From the NCBI GenBank assembly GCA_964016885.1, contig OZ024742.1, positions 148,366,001 through 148,430,000 on the forward strand: a DNA stretch of 64,000 bases, read 5' to 3'. Below the pieces are notes generated by a model. The model had not been told where the DNA came from. It worked only from the letters and a program-made list of their open reading frames with translations, and made no database searches. The DNA is from Eledone cirrhosa (lineage: Eukaryota). The first letter of the stretch is position 1; every line of letters begins with the position of its first letter. Shown one piece after another: positions 45,888-60,234 of the stretch. Position numbers and translations under genes: made by a program.

Positions 45888-46377
45888 CAAGTTTTACATC
45901 GAAGCTATAGTTGCATACACACGCACACACACCTGCGCGCGCACACACACAAACACACACACACATACATATATAGTTGAAAAAGGGAGTAAAGTTCCAT
46001 ACAAATTAAAGGATATAGATAAAAAGTGAAAAAGCACAGAGGTATATCTAAAGGTTAATTATTTCTTTAATCCGAAAGAATGAATAATTTTATAATTGTT
46101 ACATTAAATGGATATAAATTTTGTCAAATATTACCGGCCTTGATCGGTATATCAATCTTATTAAATATTAAAAAAAGAAGTTTCTTCTCATATTTTGTGA
46201 GCAGTTAGAACAAATTTGAAAGTCAAACTAGATAATTAATAAAATATTGCTATGTTGTATTTTTCATGTATTTCGATCTAAAATATCGTTTTAAAATGTG
46301 ATGTTAGCGTTATAAAAATGTTTAGATATGTATTCCTTGTAATTATAATGTTATATTTGTGTGTCAGTTTATGTATA

Positions 46378-46442
<65 letters not shown>

Positions 46443-46506
46443 GTGTGTGTGTGTGTGCGTATAAACATACAAATACACACACTCGCACGCACATATATAC
46501 ACACAC

Positions 46507-46537
<31 letters not shown>

Positions 46538-47094
46538 CATACATACATACATACATACATACATACATACATACATACATACGTAAATAACACCAGGTAT
46601 TTATGGAGTTTTCGCTTTACTTTTCAAACGTTAGCTAAAACCTGTATCCATAACAGTTTAAGCAGAGATACGAGTGATATTCAGACAGCTGCATTGATTT
46701 TATCGACAAAATAGATACTCTTCGATTATCTTCTGATAACGGATCAACGTTTATCAGAGCAACCCAATTGTTGAAAGTATTTGTATATATTACAACCACC
46801 TAACAAATATTCATTGATTTATATAGACGCTTCCAAGTTTTCATGGCATGAGTCTGCGTGTGTGTTTAGGTTTGAGTTAACAAACGAGGAAAGGATACTC
46901 GATACAAATGTAGAGTAAAGATTACTGTTTTGATCACTCTACACATAGGTTTCATAGGCTCCTTGCTCCCCTCGATATACATATATAATGTTATATAATA
47001 AATTGCTGTCCATAAATACGTCTATAAATCGCATTTTACTTTCGCCACTTCGGTTTTTCATTCTTATTTTTACTTACTGTTGTATAAAGCTTCC

Positions 47095-47250
47095 GTAGGT
47101 GCCGAATTAGCACAGTCGTTAGAACAGTGAATAGAATGATTTGCGATGTTCGTTCCAGCTCTTTGCGCCTTGTGCTCAAATTCCCCTTGGATCTATTTTG
47201 CTTTTCATCCTTTCGTGGTTGATAAAAAGTTCCAGTCAAGTACTAGTCAC
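47095..47250 (+). mobile_element. Old SINE copy (Nin/Deu-like)
   Basis: Diverged core TTTTGCTTTTCATCCTTTCGTGGTTGATAAA. Confidence 0.55.
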
Positions 47251-47296
47251 CATTCTCCCTCTATATCTCAATATATCCTTCTCACACACACGTGCA

Positions 47297-47389
<93 letters not shown>

Positions 47390-47554
47390 TCTCTCTCTCT
47401 CTAAGAAATCGGGTTTTGCTTTGAAATAATATGGAATTTGAGTTCATTTCTTTTGTATTTTACTTTCGTAACTTTGAGTTTTTAGGTCACAAGATTATTT
47501 AGTGAAACTAATGTAAGGTAATAACATAAAATGCTTTATACCCGTACCATTTAA

Positions 47555-47800
47555 AGATATTTTCAATGTGATTTCTGTGGCTGGCTTGATGCATCTAGTG
47601 TAGACACATTAGATTGGAAATTAGTGATCTGTAAACGGAATCAGCTCGCTTATTTATCTCCAGCCTTCTTTCACTTTTAAAGTTACTGACGTGACTGAAA
47701 CCACTTTCTATCAAGTTCGATGTTACGAAGCCAAATAAATTCAACTTTAAGTGAGTCCATACATTGAACAAAAGATTCTATCTACTTTGATGATACGGCA
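47555..47800 (+). repeat. Unclassified dispersed repeat; homolog at ~50065-50290
   Basis: Shared TTTCTGTG..CTAGTGTAGAC..GTAAACGGAAT..GCTCGCTTATT..ATCTACTTTGATGATAC. Confidence 0.7.
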
Positions 47801-48141
47801 GACTCATACGCTGTGAACTTTGAATGGTAATAGAGTGTGGCCTCAGAACTACATTAAAGAAATAAAAACAAATATATGTGTATATGCGTATATGTATATA
47901 CACACACATACATATATATATAGTGTATGTGATTCAGTGAATTCCCGGTGGTAGAACCAATGAGCACTCGATGCACGGGTAGAATATATATATATATATA
48001 AATATATATATATATGGATGTATATATAATGTATTTTGCAATACACTTTATGCTTAATTAAAAGCATTTTGAAGACCGTATGCTATTGTTTTAGAGTAGT
48101 GACAAATTCACTTACTTTAATCTCAGCAAACAGGGGAGATA

Positions 48142-48186
48142 AGCCGACAAGGCCTTGTTTCGCTTTTGTTGAAGCTTATCAAGGCT
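48142..48186 (-). ncRNA. Hammerhead ribozyme with U3-A8 covariant core
   Basis: AGCC-TTGATAA-GCTT CAACAA AAGC-GAAA-CAAGGCCTTG-TC-GGCT; palindromic stem III; GUC triplet. Confidence 0.78.
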
Positions 48187-48290
48187 AACTACCCCTCCTG
48201 TCTACTGAGATTACTGATGTTATATTCTTATAGAATTCTAGTAAATAATCAGGAACTGATTATACAGAGTTGGTCAGGCAGAAATAAAAA

Positions 48291-48490
48291 ATTAGAATTG
48301 GAGCTCTGAAATAGCAATATATATATGGATGTATATATAATGTATTTTGCAATACACTTTATGCTTAATTAAAAGCATTTTGAAGACCGTATAGCATACG
48401 GTCTTCAAAATGCTTTTAATTAAGCATAAAGTGTATTGCAAAATACATTATATATACATCCATATACATATTGCTATTTCAGAGCTCCAA

Positions 48491-48497
<7 letters not shown>
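48291..48497. repeat. Near-perfect ~100-bp-arm hairpin; extra direct copy at ~48010-48085
   Basis: Centre CCGTAT-AGC-ATACGG. Confidence 0.88.
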
Positions 48498-48574
<77 letters not shown>

Positions 48575-48577
<3 letters not shown>

Positions 48578-49146
48578 TTTCTGAATTTGTTTAGGAAGAT
48601 TCTTTATCTGAAAACGTGTGTTGAAACCGATATTGTTATGCTTTGGGAGGGTCATGTTGCCAATAAGAAACACACGCACCAGTTTGCTTCCACTTTAATT
48701 TATTATAAATTAAATTTATAAATTTATGAATTTATAAATTTCCGGTTGGTTGGTTGGTTCCACAACCAGACAATTGTTCATATATTGTCAACCAGTAACA
48801 TGTAAATAAACAAATAAATAAACAAATATAAACACACACAGACACCCGGATGTAACACATGCGCAAACTAAGCACACAACACACATAAAAACAAGATGGC
48901 GTAGCACAGAACAAAGGAGAGGCACAAAAACAAAGAAAAGAATTCCCAGTCACTGAAGAGGTCACAGAATGTGTGACGAAAGAACTTTGACAATCTATGA
49001 ACAATCGTCTGGTTGTGGAACCAACCAACCAACCGGAAATTTATAAATTGCTAAATTTATAAATTTAATTTATAATAAATTGAAGTGAAAGCAACTGGTG
49101 CGTGTGTTTCTTATTGGCAACATGACCCTCCCAAAGCATAACAATA
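48575..49146. mobile_element. Family B Penelope-like pseudo-LTR in tail-to-tail arrangement; homologs at 31272-31658, 9849-10100 and 63760-64000
   Basis: 48630-48791 is inverted against 48987-49146; contains an HHR and the conserved ORF start MTLPKHNNIGFNT. Confidence 0.72.
48949..48991 (+). ncRNA. Minimal type I hammerhead ribozyme (family B)
   Basis: Identical to 31459-31501. Confidence 0.75.
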
Positions 49147-49162
49147 TATGTATATATATATA

Positions 49163-49492
49163 CAGTGGAACCTCGGTTCCCGAACAGTTTTCCCCGAATA
49201 TAAAATGTCTCGGTTCACGAATAGTGTCTCGAGTAACAAACAGGCAAGCCGGCAACCACGGTTAGTCAACAAGCTTGGGGTATCGATGGGAAAGCGTTAT
49301 TTGCTATGTAGTTAGTTACTATGGTGATATCATCTGTCTTTCACACACAACATCTCTCTCTCTCTTTCTCTCTCTCTCACTGTAGTATTTCTCTCTCAAC
49401 ATTTCGTATGGGACAAAATAATTTTGGCTTACGAACATTTCGTAAGATGAACGGCCTTCGGAAATGAATTACGTTCGTGAGCCGAGGTCACC
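49163..49492. mobile_element. Tigger-like MITE
   Basis: TA|CAGTGGAACCTCGGTTCCCGAAC ... GTTCGTGAGCCGAGGTCACC TIRs, right end clipped. Confidence 0.65.
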
Positions 49493-50723
49493 TTATATTA
49501 GAATTTGCAGTTTGCATTTGTGTGTATGAATTTAGTGAAAACAGTCTATATACAGTAAAGACGTTTCAATTCATGCCTGTCCTTTAACCTAAAATAACTT
49601 CCAGTAAATTTCGGGCCATGCAATTCTTAAAACTAAAGGATATGCTCCTTATATTCTCAGCATAGAAACATTATTTTCTCCCATTAACGGAAGAAAGACA
49701 GTGGAAAGTAAAGCCCGCACAACTACGCAAACACTCAAACATACAAACGAATACAGACAGTCACAAGATATAGGCTCAGAAGTAAGACATATAGACAAGA
49801 CACAGACATACTTCTATGCTTTTTGCACATCATATTTTCAGGAAAATATATGGAGGAATAAGGTCAACAATTCTGATATACATTGTGTACACATGTTATA
49901 CAAAGATATTACATAAGCTTCGCAGTTTTAATTGTTTTTGGCTTTTGAAAACATTGAGTTTTTTTACTGTCATATAAACAATTTTCGCATAACAAGATTC
50001 CTTAATGAAATTAATGTAAAGTAATAACATAGAATGCTTTGCAGAGACATAGTGATTTTAGATATTCTCAATGAGATTTCTGTGACTGGCGCGATGTAGC
50101 TAGTGTAGACGAAATAGTCATCTGTAAACGGAATGAGCTCGCTTATTATCTCAAAGCCTTATTTTACTTTTAAAGGTACTGACGTGTCTGAAATCAATTT
50201 CTATCAAGTGGGATGTTTGCGAAGACAAGCAAATTCAAATGTAAGTGATTCCGTACATTGGGGAAAAGATTCAATCTACTTTGATGATACCACATACTTT
50301 GATTACCATGAAACAACGATCGCTTTGTGGAATCATAATTATTTTAAAACTCTGTTAATTCTTTCAGCACATCTTCGTATTCGACTATTTAACCTTCAAA
50401 CGGCCTACTCTATGGAACTGGAGAAGATAATAAAATATTATACTGGAATGGCAAATACTCAAGATGAATAATTATATCCTCATCAAACAATTCATATTTC
50501 AAGATCTCCTATCGTTGATATTGGTGGAGTTGATGTCTGTAAAGGTTCCTCTTATATCATAGAGGAATAAATGCGGTGGTGTATTCTTTGTAGTCAATAA
50601 ATGGTGTTTTCTTTTTACATTCCTTGCAATAAAATATTAGGATAATTAAATTTAGTAAATATGTTACCTAGGAAAAAGGTGCTACTTTTGGCACCAATCA
50701 AAGAAGCAGATAGAATAATAATG

Positions 50724-51073
50724 GTTTCTTATTTAGGCACAAGGCCAGCAATTACCCAGTACATTACTGGTACTTTATTTTATCGACCCCGTAAGGATTA
50801 AAGGCAAAGTTAACCTCGGCGGCATTTGAACTCAGATCGTAAAGGGACGTAGAATAATAATGGTTTCTTATTTAGGCACAAGGCCAGCAATTATGGGAGA
50901 GGGGAAAGTCGATTAAATCGACCCCAGTGCATTACTGGTGCTTTATTTTATCAACCCTGTAAGGATGAAAAGCAAAGTTAACCTCGGCGGGATTTGAACT
51001 CAGATCATAAAGGGCCGTAACTCTATGCTGCAAAGCATGGTGTCCGACCCTCTACCGATACTGCCAATCCACC
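50724..51073 (-). mobile_element. Dimeric SINE insertion flanked by an 18-bp direct repeat
   Basis: Two tandem family cores; GCAGATAGAATAATAATG at 50706-50723 and 51074-51091. Confidence 0.75.
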
Positions 51074-51597
51074 GCAGATAGAATAATAATGTTTAGAAAA
51101 CTTCCTATGAATAGATTTTTTAAATCGACAAAATGAACACGGTTACCATATTACAACATACCGCACTTTAATATGGTACAATAGTTTCACACTGTCACCA
51201 TCAATATCACAGTTGACGGAAAATCGAATCAAGCAATGAATTCAATTATAGTTTGTTCGATGTTTTCATAACTAATAACTAACTACAGTATATCTTTCCG
51301 CCTGTCATTGATATATTTGCCATTAAATGCGGTTAAAACAAGATGAAGAATTTCAAGTCTTCCTCGGTTAAGAAACCTCTGTATCTATCTACCGCTCCGG
51401 GTGCATCAATAGATGTGAAGACAGCAATATTACTCAATATGAGGTTATACAGAAGATTCAATAATTCTAAAATTTATGTACCTTTTTTGACAAGCAGCAA
51501 CTGATCAGGGAATTACATTTTCCCTCAGGTTTGAAGAATTTCAATGAAAAATCAAAACATACAACACCGTAACGCATTGATTGTATACAACTTTTGA

Positions 51598-51815
51598 CTC
51601 ATACACTTGCATGCAAAACTAACCTAGAACGCTGAAGAACATGAATGAGATGATGTTTGACGTCAGTCGTCATGTCATCTATACATCCAGTAATTGTGTT
51701 ATTACTATGAGGTATTTTCTTGGTAATGGTATCAGGTTTTTCATGCATTACAAATGACAAAATTTCTTCAATAATATGTCGAAGTAATGCATCTCCCATA
51801 GAGTGGAACTCACCT
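51598..51815 (-). pseudogene. hAT-Charlie/Buster (ZBED5/SCAND3-like) transposase fragment
   Basis: HSMGDALL...KKIPHSNNTITGCIDDMTTDV resembles the HTIGE..IPLSNNTV.RRI.EM..D motif. Confidence 0.7.
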
Positions 51816-52148
51816 GTCTGGTGGTGATGGTGGGAGCGTTTGTAATTTATTATCCTCAGTTCAGTCCTTATTTATTCAAAATTTTTACTCAGAGCTCGCT
51901 CTCATTTTCATCAAATAACGTAACAAAAACGACATTATCCAACAAGTTCTTTTATGTAAAAGGGTTGGGTGTAATTTGATAGTTACTTTGCTATTATTTA
52001 TAGCCGATGGAGCGTCCACATAGATTCTATATCGTTGATTCAAGCGCTAGATGGTGGGTTATAAATATATGCACATATATACATCTATCTATATCATCAT
52101 CACCGTTGTACGTCTGCTTTCCTAGACTCACGTACGTTGGACTATATT

Positions 52149-52239
<91 letters not shown>

Positions 52240-52650
52240 GAGAAATTATGAAAGAATTTAAGACATTTTATTAGTCATACGCGTGTTTCAACAAACGAAA
52301 TGTAAAGAATATGGAAAATCGAAAAAAATTCATTAAGCTGCATGTAATCGTATAGGAGCTGTGTGTATTATATAGGAGTAAATCCATACATTAAGATTTG
52401 AACATAAAAACACCTTACAACACTTTCATTTCACCAGAGATATTAAAAACATACATAAATTTCTCCTGGAGAAAAAAAACATCAGAATATCACGACAATA
52501 TTATGATAACTTAATTCCTGATTCCATATGGATTACACCTTCGATGAATATATTCGTTCTATTTACTGATTATAGAACCACATTGAACATAAAATTTATT
52601 TCGTATAACTTTACCATATTCATCTTTCAACAGTCTACCCTTGTTATACA

Positions 52651-52696
<46 letters not shown>

Positions 52697-53061
52697 TGCG
52701 GTAGAGTTTCGAGCGGTTTCAGCTTGAAACCTCTTCAAGCTTCTTCGTTTTGCATGGTTAATACAGTTTAATTCAAAGAGGGTTGAAGAGGTTACAAGCT
52801 GAAACTGCTGAAACTCGTGGACGAAGCTATACCTCATTAATATACACACTCTGTACACCCCCCCCCCACACTTCGTGCATCGAGTACTGCTCTGATTTGT
52901 GATCTTCCCGGTCTTCTAGTGCAGACTTTCAATATCCTTTTTTCCATTCAGATGTTTTTTAAATCCCTACTAACAGACTAATTTTACTTAGTCAAAAACA
53001 GTGTAAGCACATAATTCTACCTCATTTCAAACTTCAATCGTTCTTTCATAAACAAAGCCTG

Positions 53062-53140
<79 letters not shown>

Positions 53141-53475
53141 GTTATTAAGTTCAGTTAATACAACGGCGTCATACCAGGGACGTACGTTTCGTTGGACTGG
53201 ATGAGTAACTTGTTCAACCTGTGTCGATGGAAATGAACTCGAAAATGTTTACTTAAAAAAGAAAATAAGGAGAATAAGGAGAGCTCTAAACAGGGGAATG
53301 TAATAAGAGTAAGAGAAAGATAATTGGTCTAAGAAAGACAATTTGATGGGGTTAAAGTTATCTGAAGAGGAACAACCGGTAAGTTACTAAAAGATTAGAA
53401 GGCGCTAGAAAATAAAATATATTTTGGAGGAAATCATAAAAGTCAAATTAAATACTAAGGAGGTCTCCTTAGTGT

Positions 53476-53603
<128 letters not shown>

Positions 53604-54399
53604 GTGCGCGCACGTATGTGTGTGTATGTAATTTGAAAGTCAAGGAATAGGCTTTCAGTAATCGTAAATTTAGCCTTGCCGTGAAAAGTAAATTGATTAT
53701 ACACAAGGTTTTACCTCTCCGTGTGCAGAGTAGATTTTAGTCTCGTTAAACTTCCATAACAGAAAGATTACCCAATCTTTGTCTTCACAGAGATTATTAT
53801 GTTGTTTCTAACTAATTGCTTATTCTCTTATTAATATATACTAGCAGAAAACCACCATTTGGGTGATTTTCTGCTAGCATGTGTAGTGTGTATATTGATA
53901 TTATATGCAAATATACATGCATGTCAAATAAAAGGATAATTGACAATATGCACAGAAATTGAAGAGAGACTGTTACACTGAGTTCTGTATTCAGTAAAGT
54001 AATCCATGATACATTTAAAAAAGACGATATTATATATAAACTGCATTACGGTGAAATGTAACAAAACCTTATATAACGATGAAAATATATGGATGTTTAT
54101 ATAAGCAATTTAATAAGTGTTATGATATAACGGACGCTAACCGGAAGTGTAGACATTTGAACATTTTAAAAGAAGTGAATCTTAAAATAAACAATCATTA
54201 TATAAGAATATCTATATTTAATCAACAGCTACGAAATTTAGTAGATAAATTATGTAATATTCATTCATTATTTATTCAAAGTAATCCAACTTATTTTACT
54301 AACGGGATAAAAATATATATTCGGGACGCTGTCCCGCACTCATCCCTTTATTATAGTTATGAAGCATGCTCAGTAAATGATGTGCGTTAATAAAACGTA

Positions 54400-54580
54400 C
54401 TTGATGTTTTCATCTGCAGAACATTGGTTGTGCGTTGATTGGATAACCTTGTTGGTCCAAGTTATAACAGTCGCCCGGAGATTTGAACTGACTCAGATGG
54501 GATTATCTATTCTGTTCTCTATTACTCACGCTCTCAATTGACACAGCTAAATAAATTTATTATTGTGGTCATAATTAATC
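54400..54580 (+). repeat. Unclassified old dispersed repeat; homolog at ~63150-63310
   Basis: Shared ATCTGC.GAACA..GATTGGATAA..GTTATAACAG..GAGATTT. Confidence 0.55.
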
Positions 54581-54734
54581 AGTGTAAACCCAACCAAACT
54601 GGCAACGGAGATTTGCAGTTATAATAATCAGTTAATAACACTTAAATCTTTGTTTTTGCATGACTAATACAATTTAACTAAAAATTCCTGAATTGGTTTA
54701 ATCAAAAATCCTTTTATTGTGTGACATCAATAGG

Positions 54735-54950
54735 ATGGTGGATTGGCAGAAATGGTAGGATGTCAGATAAAATTCCATTGCAGTATTTGTTCTAGTACTT
54801 TACATTCTGAGTTCAAACTCCACCGAAGTCAAGTTTGCCTTTCATCCTTTCGAGGTCGATAAGACTGCCAGTCTAGTACTAGGGTCGATATAATAGAATT
54901 CCACTCACACCAAAAATATTCTGGACTTATGCTTATTCTACAAATGATTA
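54735..54950 (+). mobile_element. SINE copy (Nin/Deu-like), full length
   Basis: GGTGGATTGGCAG head, GAGTTCAAACTCC, core. Confidence 0.72.
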
Positions 54951-57264
54951 TTAGACATCAATGCAAATGTCAAGTTGAAAACTGTTCTGTATCATGCACA
55001 ATTCAAGCCTTTGTGCTGTTGAAAAAAACAAAGAAACATTTATAATCTGATACAAGTTAAAATGTTTGTATCTAAAAACGCAAACAAACAAGGAGATCCA
55101 GGCAATAAGTCTATGGCCAGGCTTAATGCGCATACTTCTTTATGTAAATTCTTTGCAATAAAAAATGGCCCAGAAGCAGTGTTATTTTCTTATCGAAATC
55201 AGTTGGCTCAGATAAAAATGATAAATCTCACCTGTTTAAGCACTTCGCTGAAAGAAGCCATCTCAGATATGTTTAGCCTTGTTGTAACGGTGCAGTCAGA
55301 GCAAGCATGTGCTTTGGGATCAGTAGTGTAGAGAAGTTTGAATGCAGAAGTATTTTACACTTCTAGCATGGAAAGTCTATTATACAAGTAACTGAGAAAA
55401 TCCAGATTATAAATTGCAGCAATTGTTGATCATCACAGCATATTCTTCTATGTCCTTTCCTAGATACAAGAAGAAGGTACTTATTCTTCGACGGTTTAGG
55501 ACTCATGCTTTTAACATTAACGTTGGGAACAATGGTCTTCATAATTTACTAAAATGGTCCAATTTATCACAATTAAAACCTGACAAATGATAATTTAGAT
55601 CAGATTAATAGTAAACTGATTTGACACCCACTTCAAAAAAATTGGATACATGGGCAGCATATTCAGCTTTTGAGTGATTACAATTCAGACATTCTGAAAG
55701 GTACGTCGTGTCACTATGTTTCTGATTATTTATCATTAATAAGAATTTATAATGCTCAAATTTCAGTAGTTAAGGTATAAAATTTGTCCAGAGGACTGAT
55801 ACACCTAAATACACTCAATTCACCAAATACATCTAATACACCAAAAAACGAAAGAAATTCAAAATTAACTTTAAATCTTTAAGTAATGGAAATTAGTTCT
55901 CAAATTGTCTGGGTGTAAAAGAAAGATGGTAAATTAAAATGTGTTCTGATTAAAAATATTTATAAATGAAAATATTAAATTTTTTTCTCGTCGAACTATT
56001 CATCTTGAAACTATGTTTGATGATATAGAAGCAACAAAGTGTTTATTTCTTTAATTAATATAGTGTATGGTGGTTATATTGGTTTGAACGAAGATTAATT
56101 GATTATGTGCCATAAATAGAAGTAATAGTCTTTACTTAGTCAATACAGCTCTGATGTGTCAGAAATAGCAGTTTCATTTTCCAATATTGTTTGGAATATT
56201 CCCTTTTGACTATTACAATATTGAAGGGAATTAATAGCATAATTATCTATCAGGATGGCACGCTCTTTTTTGCAGCAACCAGAATTAATTTAAGAATTGC
56301 GAATATGCAGCTATTGCTACACTGAAAGGAGTCAATGTATCATTTAATCCAAATAAAATATTAGTCATGCAGCTTCCATAAATGTATTTAAAGTTAATAT
56401 TTCAAATGCAAGGATGAAACCCTCAAATATTCTAATGAACAAGATCCAACGGTTGAGTGCTCCTGAATTAAACGACGAAATTGAAAAGAAATATAGTTTA
56501 TAAACTATTACCATTGGTTCATGGCAACATTTCAGGTGTAATTGGGCCTTTAATCGCTGCAGAAAACTACACCTTTAATTAGGGAACAGATCAAGAACAG
56601 ACCTATAAAAAGAAAATGGAAATTCTTACACAACACCTATTTTGGCAATATTACATACCAAGTGAGAAATATCTGAACTTGCAGTAGCAAGGATATCGTG
56701 CACTTGGTAGTAAAATACTAAACGTAAAGTCTATGTGGTGTTAAAGTGTGTTGAAAGATTGAGAGATTTTCCACTCGGAAAATCTTTTACATAAGAGCCT
56801 AATAATCAACTGCTTCAATTCATCTTTTCAAAGGATCTTGATATTTCATGGGTTGCCAGGTTCTCATATTTGATTTCAAAACCATTCACTCGCAGTAGAC
56901 TCAATTATAAATTAGACGAGTTCAATACAGTATTCTTTACACATTACATTCTGATATAATCAGTAAATGAATTAAATTTTTAATACTCAGACAGTTAGAT
57001 AGATTAAAGATAATTTTAACACATGTAAACTTTATGGTTGCATAAAGACTTACATTTGCAGAAACGATAGTCTAGAACAAAGGTTCTCAACGGGGGAGCA
57101 TATGCCCCCCCCCCCCGGGCATTTCGGAGCTCCAGGGGGGCGTTTGGGATCAAAGGGGCGTTAGAAGGGCGTTAGAAGCTTTAGGGGGCGCTGGGAGCCC
57201 CTTTAGTTTTTTTAGTTTGGTAAGTTTTATAAGTGTTGAAAAACCACAATACGTAGTTCCTTAT

Positions 57265-58940
57265 TTTAATAGGGAAACTTGCATTCACTATCACTTAGAA
57301 CACCAGCTAAAACAGACTTTCCAGTTGTTGTCTTCCACTTTCTTCTACAACTACAACGGTACGCGATGGGGCCCACCCACAGCCCCGGCGGACAGAATGG
57401 AGAAGGCATTTCCCCGGAGGACGGCAAGGGAGACGCGCTGGAAAAGCGACTCCAACTCGCGGGGCTCACACCTGCGGCTGGCCAGCTCAGCGCCTATGGT
57501 AGTGAGTAAGGAGGTAGCCCTGGAGCCGAGGACACCAGAAGTCTCCACTGCCAGGGGTACGACCGCAAACCTGTCGGAGAGTGACCGGTATTTGACGAGT
57601 TCGGTCTCCTCAGCCCGACGTGCAGCAGAACTTGGGTCAGTCACAGACTGCACCAGGTTGCGGCTGCAGAAAGTGTCGGTAAAGTGGCATCCTAGACGAG
57701 GAGTTTGCCACCGCGGAACGGGAAGATGGCCATGCCATCTGGCCTTTTGCTGTCCCCTCGATCCAGACCCACTGGCTCGAACTGGGAAGGAAAGCCTGCA
57801 GCGTCCAAGCCTTGCTTAATTACATCGTTAAGGGCAGCATGGCGTGGAATGCGGCCGGCACTGTGGCGACAGGAAAGCGGGTGGAGGCCGAAAGAGTCCA
57901 CGGTGGAACCGCAGCGACATTGGTGTGGCTGGAAGATCCGGAGGCCGAGTCTCAAGGAAACGCCGATGCGCAGGCTATGGTTGTCTAGCTGCGTGCCAGT
58001 GGAGAAGGAGGGCAAGGAATGGAGCCAAGCACCACTGTGGGGTTTGAAGGCCGCACGAAAACAAGCAAGGCGGTGCTGATCGAGCTGGCGCGTGAGTCTG
58101 TCTGAAGCCAGGCTGCACTGGATGACATCCCAAGTGCATTGGGGGGACTTGACGTCAACAGGGGGAGAAGGAGGAGGGACGTCTACTGGGATAAGTCCCA
58201 GCCGGTCCCACGTCTCACAGGCGGCCTCACGTTCTCTGAACACAGAGGGTTCTGTTGTGTGTTTGAAGAACCCTGCTGACGAGGACGCGGCACGAGGTTA
58301 CCGACGAAAGATACGCCGGCAAAGCTGGTGAGATCGGGGACCAGAGGCCTAGGCCGCCATACCTGACAGGTAAAGTGGCCTATTGCCACCTTATGTCGTC
58401 AAACTTGACGTTGCATATCTCCTCGACTGCTGCTCGGATACAAGTATCGAGGTCAGCGAGGATAGATGTCTGGCTGTAGCACGGAGCGCTGCGGAGTGTA
58501 TAGATGAGCTTCGGCATGGCGAAGCAGTTCCTCAGCAGAAAGAGAGCTGGGTGGCCGTCAATCAAGCCCAGTCGGCTCGTGAGAGTCTGGAGTTGTTGAA
58601 GCCTGAACCTTGTGGTGGAGCGGATGGCCGGCGGGTGGATCGGTAATCCGAGGATGAGGACATCCTCTTTGGAGATCACCTGAACCTGGCGGAGAATGGA
58701 TCACACGTCCAAGACGGAGGCTGCAAAGCTCGCAGCATCGAGGCTGACATTCACCACCTCCGACTTGGCCGAGTTGACCTGGAGGCCGATTCCTGCCAGG
58801 GCAGGAACCACCGATTGAAGGTCATGGCAGACCGTCCGTACGGGCCCGCCCAACGTAGCATCATCCAGATACCAAACGTTGAGAGGGGCTGTGATTCTCC
58901 GGGCGATGTGGTCAATACCAAGGGCGAACAGGAGGGGTCC
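57265..58940 (-). mobile_element. 5'-truncated CRE-clade LINE (RT plus restriction-like endonuclease), frameshifted; 3' boundary approximate
   Basis: GPLLF, VWYLDD, SGAWL, CRCG..HPLSC, RHAALN, KRPDG, PLAVETSG, FQRVSLAVLRGNA; GC-rich against the background. Confidence 0.9.
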
Positions 58941-59174
58941 CATAGAATCATTTGATAAAATATATACACCATCTCCTCTCCCAATCAGCATAATTAACCA
59001 CATATATATTACGTATATATTTTATCAAATGATTCTATGGACATATTTTATTGTATATTGCTGTGATTGTTGATTATTTAATTAATTAATTCGTCATTGA
59101 GCCACATCGTGAATGGTTGCCAAAAACATATATATATATATCTATGACTTTGTTTAGTTTGTGTATATGTAAAT

Positions 59175-59264
<90 letters not shown>

Positions 59265-59438
59265 CACAGAGAGAAGTGTGTTACACAGTGAGATGTGTGT
59301 AAAGAATTATTACATGTGAGTTTAACCGTTACTGTATGGAAAACAACACCTACAGGTTGGCAATTAAATAGAAAGAACACTAAGTCAGAATCAAATCTCC
59401 GAAGTAGAGTTATAAATTACCAACCTTATAACTATAAG

Positions 59439-59514
59439 CTTGCTGATACGAATCTGTTTCGTTTCGCCACTGAAATGTGTAGTGTAAAAGTCTACAGGGT
59501 CCTCAGTCAGCAAG
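59439..59514 (-). ncRNA. Type I hammerhead ribozyme with a full stem III
   Basis: CTTGCTGA-CTGAGGA-stem II-GAAA-CGAA ACAGA TTCG-TA-TCAGCAAG; 8-bp stem I; GUA triplet. Confidence 0.75.
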
Positions 59515-59763
59515 TGTGGAATTGTTACCTACACATCTAGCCTAATGGAAAGAGAGAACGCAAATATACACGCTGCCCAGAGCAGGGCGAAAACACGTGT
59601 TATTTGCATCAAATAACGGCTCTCATGAATTGGGGAGATGCTAGAGAGGGCAGACCAACCATTCGAATTTATTAGCTCAACAATTTGGAGCTCGTTAATT
59701 ATACAAGGATCGGAATAGAGTATTCCGCAGTTCATATATATATATATATATATATATATAAAT

Positions 59764-59903
<140 letters not shown>

Positions 59904-59987
59904 CTACATACATATATGCATTTACGTATGTATATAGCTATGCATTTATACATTTGTATATATGCATTTATATTTAAGTGTGTAAGA

Positions 59988-60023
<36 letters not shown>

Positions 60024-60028
60024 TTATA

Positions 60029-60060
<32 letters not shown>

Positions 60061-60234
60061 TATACTCACACACACACATATATATATTCTTTTTTCAGTC
60101 TGGTCTACCATGTTTGAGCCCCCTGTTGGAGATAGATAGATAAATAGAAAGCTTCACGTTAACCAAACGCACACACACAAACTTTTTACTCTCTCTGCCT
60201 CCCCCTCCTATTTCTCTCTTCATTTATATATATA

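Noticed and set aside
52695-52820. Inverted pair containing TTGAAGA-hairpin-GAAAC
   Set aside because: Extra bases before GAAA and no closing stems I/III; cannot be folded as an HHR
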